This document shows positions 39,900 to 49,727 of a DNA stretch of 64,000 bases, piece after piece. The DNA lies in NCBI GenBank assembly GCA_000708835.1, contig DF236968.1, positions 332,672 to 396,671 on the forward strand, given 5' to 3'. The DNA is from Klebsormidium nitens (taxonomy: Eukaryota; Plantae; Klebsormidiophyceae). Under the pieces are notes generated by a model. It saw nothing but the letters and a program-made list of their open reading frames with translations, had not been told where the DNA came from and did no database searches. The position numbers and the translations under genes are program-made. Every line of letters starts with the position of its first letter. Position 1 is the first letter of the stretch.

Positions 39900-42800
39900 C
39901 TATCCGCCTTCATATGGAGCATCTAAATCAGAGAGTCCCGCATCTTCGAATGCTCGTCGCCGCTGCTTGCACTGCACACAAGCAGTTTAGCGTTGCCCAA
40001 TCAAAATTGACGCCTCGAACCCCCGCTGTACTGGTTCCATGACAAGCTGGAAGGACCAAGCTGACAAAACTGGGCCGCTAAGCACTTCAGCTTCAACAAG
40101 CCTGCCAAAGATCCGGGAGGTCATCATACACGGCCGTTGTCGGCTTGACAGCTCATCGATACATCCCACAATGTCAAGCGCACGAAGGTTTGGCTCGTGG
40201 GACAAGACAGGAGTCCATTGCTCCCTCCGAAATACCTTTCCGCAACGCGCAGAACGACACAGTTTCTGAATGACACTGGCAAAGCAATCCCTCGTAACTG
40301 GAGAAGAGCACGCCACCCGGAGCGTCCCGACCTCGCATGGCTGGCCACTGAAGTATACCAACAACCTTCCTTCTTTCGCAGGATGCACTATTCATAGAAG
40401 AGACATGCAATTGTTAGTTGAGAGACAGGCGGGAGCGGATTCGGCATTCTGAGTAGGTCCCAACCTCTAGACGGACCAGATTCTAACCTGAGAGCACCGT
40501 CCGCAATGCAGCGGCCGTCCGACCATGCAGCTGTAGGAGAGGCGGTACGGGACGCCCGACGAGGCGCCCGACCGGATGACGTCAGCTTTGCTCAGATGAC
40601 TGCGGCGTAAGGAGAGGAAGGTTTAAGCTTCTATTCGCTCGGAAACATTAGCAGAACTCGTTTTTGAGCCTACAAGGAGAAACTCTGCGTGTCTCTCCAC
40701 TGGGCACGGAAGTCGGTTGAGGGGCAACGTCAATAGTTTCCAGGCCCACAAACAGTCCATTGGGGTACTGCAAGGTTGGCCTTGCATCATTCGACCTGGG
40801 ACGATGACTTTGTCAAGCACCTCAAAAGCCCAAAACCTACGATCGAAACACGCGAATAATACTGAATAATACGCTGAACTCAATCCTTTCGTTTTGAATC
40901 TCATTGAGGTTCTGAGGTTCGCTTGAGATTTTGACCTCCTTTGAGGCCTTTTTGACCTTTAAATGACAGAACGAGATTTGCATGCTACAGTGCAAGGTGG
41001 AAGACGTTTCAGGGCCCTTCCAAACTTCACCGCGACAGAGGCGACTCATGAAGTGGTGACATTTCAAGTTAGTTGCAAAGATTATCAGATGCCGTATCAG
41101 GCGACAGACCCCTCTGATTGGGTGACACTAAAAAGACTGAGGGATCAGGATGAGGGTTACGAAAGTTGGGGAGCGGTTACTCACTCCAAGGGCGTCTCAA
41201 CGGATAGAGGGGGAGTCAGAGATGTGGTGAGCCGCCGGAAGTTGGTCAGAAAGTCCTCGGACGAGCTGAACAGGAGGAGGTCAATACGTCGTTACGTAAA
41301 GGGGTGAGGTCGATTCAGAAAGCTTGTCAAAACACATTCATCCACTTTGGGGAAGGTCCGATGTCACCTCTGAAGCCTTTGTAACCTGTCTGCGTCTAAA
41401 ATAAACGGACTGTAGGTGGTCTATTTCAACCCAAAAGCAGTGCTCCCTTACAACACATTTTGAATCTGTGTGTGGGAACCTCCTTTGCAGTACAACAAAC
41501 AGACTGCTGAGGCGGCAACTTTCTCAAGTGTCACAAAGCACAGCTGTGTACTTACCGGTCGAGGATGAGGCTTTCGCGTCGAGCAAGGCGGCTCCTAACA
41601 AGCATGTCCGCAGATGAGTCTCTGAATTGCAATATCCAAAACGATGACTCACCTCGAATAAGACCCGAGGTCCTCCTTGTTCAAGGCCAGCGCCAGAGTG
41701 GGACACCCAACCTGCCAAGTCCAGAGGAGCCCTGAAAAACGGTGTAAGCCCTTGTCCTTTCCAAGTTCGAAGTTGTTCAGCGAACCGACTCCTCTCGACT
41801 TCATGAAATATTCCATCCTTTACCGTTGAACTTGATGCAAAGAGCAAACCGTTGAACTTGATGCAAAAACTAAAGAGCGAGGTACTTCCTTGTATAAACC
41901 AGAGCTGTCTACTTGTCCAGACTCAATCGTGCAAGTGATCAATCGTATCGAGCTCTTGACTATCGTCCAGGCCGCGGGTAGCAGCTCGCCGGGGAGCTCA
42001 TCCAGAACATGGACGAACAGAGTCCTAGTCTTCTTGAGCGCTGACCTGGGTAGCATAGCTAGCTGCAAGGGAGAGCAGGGCCAAGTTCCGGTGAGGGAGA
42101 GGCACGTGCAGCCTGGCCGGAGCCTGGAGTGCTCTGAAGGCCTCCCCTACCTGTACCACGAGACCAGAGGCAATGAAAAGGGTCGAACGTGAACCTGATA
42201 CAACTAGACTACCTCTGATCAAGACTGACAAAGCTCCAAGCGGTGCGCAACACACACGGAACGGCCATCTGACAGAGCGCATTTCAAAGTTTCTTGCAAG
42301 CAGTTTCAGTGTTTGTTCTGAGGATCGCAACCTTGTCATCGAGTCTTGCTAGGGATGGTTATGAGGCAGGTGATCCCAACCTTCGAGATGTCTAACTCTG
42401 CCAGTGACTTCCCCACTGATTCCTAAAGCTGCTGACAGGCTTTCCGTTCCGCATCTGCCCCCTTCTGGCCATAGTCTATGTACCTTCGAAGATGGAGAAG
42501 GATTCATAAAGGAAACAAAAAGCTGGAAGAGCTTTTGACTAAACTAAGCACAGACTACAAACCAGGGGCAATCTCCACAGCACCACAGAACGATGGGGCA
42601 AGCTAACTTCTGTGTAGTGACTGTTTGTGCAACAGCAGGCTGGTTAATTTGATCTACGATTGGAAGCATCTTCCTGCTATACGGTTTGAAAGTACTTCCT
42701 GCTTCTAAACAGAAAAGATGGGGCAGCCTGAGCAACACTGCCCTGTTCTAGAGACCTTCAAAATCTCCTTCGACAGAAAGAAGGACCTTGCAGTTGCACA

Positions 42801-43158
42801 TATCCATGTTGAAGCAGGGAAACTCCGCCAGTACCCAGACAAGTCCCATTGAACTTAAGCTAGAGAGCGCTCACAGAGGCCAGATGGACTTGTCTTTCCA
42901 GAGATAGAGGAGAGTGGCGCTCTCCACACCACCACTTAGAAGCAACACTGACGACCCCTCAAGTGGTGCGCAACCTGTTTGCATTGCTCTGACAGCTGCG
43001 GGGGCACAGTGATCCTTGAAACGAGTCTTGTCTGACGTCCAGCGCTGTAGAGTTTTAAGAATACTGGAGAACAATCCATGCTTGGAAGGTGGTGCAAAGA
43101 GGGAGGTGTTCGTTATGAGTGGGCGCCAAGTTGAGAGTAAGTTTGTGGTCAACTGCAT
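39900..43158 (-). CDS. queC: QueC-like (7-cyano-7-deazaguanine synthase family, PP-loop) protein carrying one in-frame TAG (recoded, recent nonsense allele or sequence error)
   Basis: Exons 42875-43158 (in-frame ATGs also at 43323/43368/43371), 42381-42483, 42046-42150, 41653-41711, 41185-41265, 40488-40599 and 39900-39971, all GT-AG and phase-compatible. Protein: VLLLSGGVESATLL..PLYIDYGQ..ERKACQQL*ESVGKSLAELDIS..HVPLPHRNLALLSLAASYA..ETPLDHLSKADVI..GVPYRLSYSCMVGRPLHCGRCSQCKQRRRAF, i.e. PP-loop, YGQ, PxRN and C-x8-C-x2-C-x2-C. Confidence 0.88.
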
Positions 43159-43886
43159 CGTGGGGATAAATGTTGCTGATGATTGTGTGTGGTGATGTGA
43201 ATTTTGCACTGGAAGACCAGTAAAGTTAATTTGATGATGGTGTTCTCTTTCCAGCCATTTGCCAACTGGTGACAGAGGAAAAGCTTGGACCCGTTCAACG
43301 CTGTTGACCCCATACCGGTGCATTCTGTGAAGCGTCCTGCCTATCTGGGCTGCAATCTCTGCCAGCATCATAAGAGCGGCCTCAAGTAGAATGCTGAGGG
43401 CACTATCCAAATAAAGCCAGCTCTGCTAAGTTCTATCAAAAGAGTCCTTGCACAGACGAAGGAGAAACCCTCGCATGAATGGGCATTGGAAGAGTGATCC
43501 CCTGCATGGCTGGTGCACTGCACTCTCAAGGTGAAAAGCTCAGGAAGCATATATTGCATCTAAAACTGCTTGTATATTGGGTCAGGCGCAGAGTACAAAG
43601 CCCGCCGGAGAATGTATGTGCCGGTCAGTAATACATCTTGAAGGTAGTCCAGACATGTACCCGGTTTGCTTCAATATGCGTCGAGGTACGGGCACAATGA
43701 AGGGGCTGTTATATCAGAAACGTGAGAGCTGTGCACAAGATTTCCCCTTCAAGTTCCACATGATTCCAGGTGGTTTTGCACTTCTGCGCAAACTCTGCAA
43801 GGAAGAAGTAGCGCATTCTTGTAGTGGTGCTCAAGTCCTCCGCTTAGAGCCAGACTTGGAGCCTTCGTTCAATACCTAAAGCCGCC

Positions 43887-46800
43887 ATGGCTAGTGTGAG
43901 CCCCGGACCCGCTCCACCGCCTGGCGCCTGGGAGGAGGTGTGGCATTCCGCAGCAGAGGAGCTTGCTGCCTTGCGCAATCAAAGGGCGTTTCCACCGGTG
44001 CTGCAAGTTCTCCGTGTGAACCAGGCAAGCATGCGAAGTTCTGGCGAGTGGTGATAGGAATGGTGAATGAAAGCGCTTCATCAAGTTTACAGGCAGCTTG
44101 TATGTTTGAGCAGATTCTTGTGTGTTGATCCACAAAATGCGCACGGCTCGTTGAGTTCGTAATATCAGCTCCAGAGGGAAGAATGCCCTTTCTTTGTATG
44201 GCTCTTCTGCTTTGACGTGCACCACCACGCGGTTTTACAAGCAGATGCCTACTGTGGACTTATTCCTACTATGTCAAAATTCATCAGTTCGTCCTGTGCT
44301 GGTCAGTTCGTAGCGTTGCGGCTCTTTGTGCTGAGCCTTTGTGCAATACAAGAGGCTACAGCACTGGGTTTAAAGGCGCTTGCGACGTTACTGGTGTCCC
44401 TAGATATATTATTTTTCACCATTTAACAATCTGAAGTCCTCCTAAAGGCTCAGTAAACATATGTTACAGGAGGATACTTCTGCTGAAGACTTTCAATCCT
44501 CCAGTAGAGTCGTAAATGCATTCTGAAGCCCCTGTTCAAAGCTTCTCACCAACATCAAGACCAAAGTTTCAAGCATGCCCCATCAACCTGTGCCTCATCT
44601 ATGTCAGTTTCTTGCATGCTGCGATGCCCCTAGAGATGACAACCCCGTGTACTTAACTCCTGATCATGCCTTCTAAACCGGAAGCTAAGAACCTCAACCT
44701 CATCAGCTTTTCATCACTTTCGTGCACCCAGCTCCTGACCACTTTTCCAACCCGAAAATTCAGAGTCCCAACCTAACCCGGTTCTGACCCTCTCCAGGTG
44801 GACGCCTAGTGCTTGAACGTTGGGTTGACGCGCATGCTATGCGAACCACCTGTTGAAGGTATTCAGCTCCTACGGGCATGTGTAAGCCGAACATCAAAGC
44901 CCCAATCTGACCCGCTTACTTACCCCCCCCCAGGTTTAACAAGAACTGAGTCCAACCTGACCCGGTTTCTGACCCTCTCCAGGTGGACGCCCAACGTTTG
45001 GACGTTGAGATGACGGGCATGCTTCGGGAGCAGTTGGTGAAGGTCTTCAGCTTTCTGCGACCGGGCATTCTGTCGAGATACGAGCCGGAGCTGAACCTGG
45101 TTCTGGAGGCGCTTGTGTTCCGGTTCTCGATCTGGGTCGACCGGCCGACCCCAGGCAACGCGCTTATGAACCTCCGGTACAGGTGAGGTGGTTTGTGGTA
45201 CTCTGGGCGGCCGTGAGGAAAGCGGTCTGTTTCGCCCTCAGAGTTTGTCCTCTAACATCACTGAGCCTGGTCAAAAAACTCTCTGGAAGAAATTTCTCAT
45301 GCCGATGTTGTCCAACTTCTTAAATTCTGACATGGTCGTCAAACAGGCATCAAAAACGTTCTGAGTGGTTGGTCTCTCGGGCTTACTTGAGAAGGGTCGA
45401 ATGTTGTTGGAAAGGCCATTGAAGTGTCTTCGAGGGCTCCAAGCAATCAAGTTCGGTGTTTAACAACCGCTGATCCGGGAAAAGCATCCTGTGGAATCTG
45501 TATCACCTTTATCATTGTTTGTCCTTTTCTCCATTCAGTTCCGTACATTATTCCAGGTTTCTCTGAAAGGCAGGGAAACGTTAGCAAATGCAAACCCCAT
45601 ACTCTCATGAAAAGTGCCAGTCTTTCTCTGATTAAGGCTTCCTGTTTGCTTCAGTGTCTTCTCTTCTCAAAATCTTTGCCAAGGTTTCCTGGTCGATTTC
45701 TCACTCGCAGCTGCTTAATAGCCGACATTGCTGCGATTCTCGTCTTTTTCCATCGGGAACGAGCACGCTGTCAGGCGAGGCACGGTCGCTCTTTACTTCG
45801 CACAGGCCTAGAAGGCCCAGGCCTCACCCGCTTGAGCAGTTTAAGACAAGAAGGAAGAAGTTTAGAAGTATATTCCGCTCACCCCATCTTTCCTTGATGT
45901 GCATCGAACGGTCTGTCGACAGAATCCTCCTGTTCTTGTACCAGGAAGGAGCATGCTGCCAGGAGAGGAGAGGTCAGGCCCGTTCGCACTGACCCTGAAG
46001 GGCCACGCCTTATCCTGTCGAGTAGATTGAAATGAAAGGAGCGGAGTTCGGGGCTTCATTGTGCCCATTCCTTCGTCCCTTTGAATGCCAATCAACCTGT
46101 TCACAAAATTTCACTGTTCAGGAACGAGCATGCTGTCAGGAGAGGAGAGGTCGGCCCCGTTCGCACCGGCCTAGAAGGCCCAGGTCTCACCCGCTCGCAA
46201 AAGGTGCTGTATGCGGCGGCGCTCATAGGGGGCCGCTACGCCTGGCTCCGACTCAACAGTACTTCCGCGCTGCAGCGATGGGGCGACAGAGACAGGGTAC
46301 TCCTTTCAAATTCAAAGATTTGCAATTGCTTGGACTCAAAGTTGGAGACGCCGGAAGTTGGGGACAGCGTTCTTTAATTTCGTTTGACGTATGAGGTTGC
46401 GGTTCAGCGAACTGAGGGTCTGCCAAGGCACAGTCAACATCTGTAATCATACATACTTTTTATTGAAAGCGGTGGCGAAGCTTGGTTTCTTGAGGCCGTC
46501 AGTGTTTAGCCGAGCCCTAGGCCAATTGCGTGCCTCTTGGATCTTGACACCATTCTGAGGCGTTCCCGCGGATGACTGATCCCGTTTACTCGAAAGTTTA
46601 TCTCCTCGGTTGTTATGACCGACTTAAGGCGGTCTGGAGAAAATGTATCCCCTTGCACAGTCTGCTCTTCTTTTCTCTGTGAGAACTTTTTCTTTTGACT
46701 GGAGGCACTGACGGCTCAGTACCCGAACCTCCCTCAGCTCAAAAGTGTAGGCCCCGTGCACTAAGTCGAATTGTAAAGTCTGGGAGACGAGGTCTTATTG

Positions 46801-48575
46801 TATTCCGGAAATGGGAAGGGGACGCATGACACGCCTTTCGTTCACGGCTGCTCGGCAGGCCGTTCCTCAGCCGGTCGGATAGGACGGAGCTCTGTTAGCG
46901 GAGAAGTGGTCAACCTTCAGAGCGAACCCGTCAACTTTGATGCCCTATCCGATTGGTGTCTCGTTTGTTGCCACAGAGTCCGAGCCCCTTTCTAGCAAAA
47001 GCAAGCTCCTACACTAACACTGAATACCTAGCCCACAGAATCACCTGCTCCGCACCCGAACCCACCCTAATACCCCAAAGCAACCCCATCCGTCCGAGGC
47101 TGGTCAGCTTACCTCTGCTAAATTGAAGCTTCGTCCGAGCCCCGACTCTCAGTGGAAGGAGTCATCTGCTCTCTCTGACAGCAGAAACGTTTTTGCAGAC
47201 GACGTGGGCCAACCGCGGGTGGCGCCTGCTTCTGTGGGTCGAGAAGTCGTACCGGCTGCTAGCCTTTCTGAACCTGCTGCACTTTTTGCGCACCGGCAAG
47301 TACCGCAACCCGGTAGAGGCCGTCCTGGGGACGCGTCTCGTCTACGACCGGCCAACCATGAGCCGCCAGGTGGGCGCACTCACGAACCGTTTCATTTGGT
47401 TTGATGTGGTCAGGTTCCGTTTGATCTAATCGGTTCGGTTTACCTGGTTTGTTTTGGTTTGACTGGTTTGGGCTGCTTAGATCTGCATTGCGCTTTATAC
47501 GGAACTTCAAGTCCATAAGCCGCCAGATGGGTGCACTTGCGACCCATTTGGTTTGGTTTGATGTGGTTTGCTTTGGTTTCCTTTGATTGGTTTCTTTTTC
47601 GGTTTGATTGGTGTCGTCCGCTTTGTGAACACTCGCGGTTTGAACTTTCGCGGTTTGAACAGAGGTTGGAGTCCTCAAACCTTTCTCGGGGCAATAGGGG
47701 GGTCTCCGGCTGCAAGAAACCGGCTCTTCTGCCGCAGAAAGGTCGAGTATGGGTCTCGGCGGTTTGCGATACGGTTTGGGATTATGATCATGGATTCTGG
47801 GCCTGAGGTCTACTTATGAAGGCTTCTCAGCTGTTTTAAAGAACGGACCTGCCGTTTTAGGGTTTGCATGTTTCTCGAGAAAAGAATATTGAGTTGAATT
47901 GGGGGTGTCTTGCTCTGCCCACTCCCTTCCTTTTTTACATATGCTGCGTGCCGACCACCGTTGAAGGTGTACGTTCCTGTCCGTTCGGATGCTCGATTGG
48001 ATTTGCCTCGTTGAATACAGGTCAGACGAGTAGTCAAAGACATGGTATTGCAACTACCCTTCTGAATCGGAGTATGCTAAATTCTCAGTTGACAGGAGTT
48101 CCTTACCAGCCTTGGAGTTCCTCAATACCTCAACACTCCAACAATCGGGGCTGCCTTCCGTTGAGCTGGGTTCTGTGTGATTCTTGGTCCTTTGGGGTTG
48201 CTTCTGACCATTTCCCTGTGACTGCAGGTCAGCTTCGAGTACATGAACCGACAACTAGTGTGGCACGAGTTCTCGGAGCTGCTCCTTCTACTGCTGCCGC
48301 TGCTCAGCCTGTCGTCGATCAAGTCGACGCTCCTCGCGCCCTTCCAATCCAGCGGCCAGAATTCGGCCACGTCGTTGCCGCAGGAAAGCTGCGCGATATG
48401 TAGGACGAGTACAATAGCAGTCCCGTATACAGCTGTACCGTGTAACCATATGTTCTGCTATTATTGCTTGAGCACGCATGCGGCAGCTCAGGCGAACTAC
48501 AAGTGCCCACGGTGCTTGACGGAAGTAGAGGCGATGCAAAGACACCAACCAAAAGGACTGCTAAGCGACAAGTAG
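43887..48575 (+). CDS. PEX2: Peroxin-2, RING-finger peroxisome biogenesis protein
   Basis: Exons 43887-44024 (GC donor), 44983-45182, 46122-46296, 47200-47368 and 48229-48575. Motifs LRVNQVDAQRLDVEM..LREQL, YEPEL, FSIWVDRPTPGNALMNLRYR, GPGLTRSQK, VSFEYMNRQLVWHEFSE and the RING CAIC..CNHMFCYYC..CPRC. Confidence 0.96.
47390..47612. repeat. Degenerate (GGTTT)n-rich low-complexity tract in PEX2 intron 4
   Basis: tttggtttgatgtggt..cggttcggtttacctggtttgttttggtttgactggtttggg..tttggtttggtttgatgtggtttgctttggttt. Confidence 0.7.
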
Positions 48576-49727
48576 TTGATAAGGATAGAAAGTAAAGGTA
48601 GGGATGGGTGTCACGTTCACGCAGTTGCTTCACTGGTAAAAGCGCCGCGCAGAAAGCAGGTCGATCACGACCAGGTTTGCGGCTGACTTGGGGCAGGCTT
48701 AGAGTGCTTGATCATGACGGTTAGGTAGGAATGCAGATTACTTCAATATCTGCGTCTCGGAGAGGACCTCGTTCCGAATCTCCATGAGGCGCAACGAAAA
48801 CCACCGCCGCATAAATCTCTTTGCACGAGCATGGATTATTATCGCCAAGGCCACTTTGATCATGGCCCGGCTGCAGGTATCTGCATCAAGGAATCAAGTT
48901 GGGTGGCTTGCGACACCCCAGCACTCGATGACGCGCCGGCTATCAGATCCGTATGATCATTGATCGTGCTTAGTTTCAAGTTGCATGCTAGCTCTCGCGC
49001 GCGGCCGGACTCGAACGCGGTCATGTATAGCCGATCGGTATATATAACGATCCGCACAGGAATTTTAGGCGGCCTGCCTTAATAGCCCGCGTGCCCGGAT
49101 GGCAGTCCACATATATGTGCCGCGATATTTAACTTAATTGCTCGTACTGTACTGAGCTTGATCGAAATTAAATGGATCCAGCATGAATTTTAACTTATTA
49201 GTAACTGATTAGTAATGGCACGCGCAGCTATAGCCAACCGGCCAAATCAAAGTACATACATACCATAAGCCATAGACTCCACCATATAGGCATGTCGGCC
49301 CCGTTCAGTTTCTTAATCAAAACTAGCCATGAACAAGCATGGAGTGCATGAATGAGGTCTAAAATCAAGACGGTACTGCACGGGGCATTCAATTTTCAGA
49401 TCGGATGAAACTCAGTGCACCATGCTGACGTTATTGATGGCCGCCCCAGCGCCGCGCACGATTTGTCATTATCGTCATCTCTCTGTCACTCTTCTACAAC
49501 ATCAAGTGTCGTAAGGTTCAAACCTATGGAGTATGCTGGCTCGAGATCAAGTATACTGTATAATATCGGTGCTCGCACGCTAAGCTTGCCGTCAATGGCT
49601 ACCGAGTTCGATTGCTCAAGCCATGAAAGTCCTTGACAGCAAATCCCAACCCACTGTGTAGAAGGAGCGTGCAAGCTAGGAGTCAACTCAGGAGAGGCAT
49701 ATAATATACATCGAAAAGGCCGGCCAA

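Noticed and set aside
42423-42425. Genome-wide TAR-to-Gln codon reassignment explaining the in-frame TAG
   Set aside because: Only one in-frame TAG occurs among thousands of codons in 14 genes. ECR ends PPFF-TAG exactly where homologues end, and TAG/TAA also terminate ALG12, PEX2, GFA and the queC-like gene itself.
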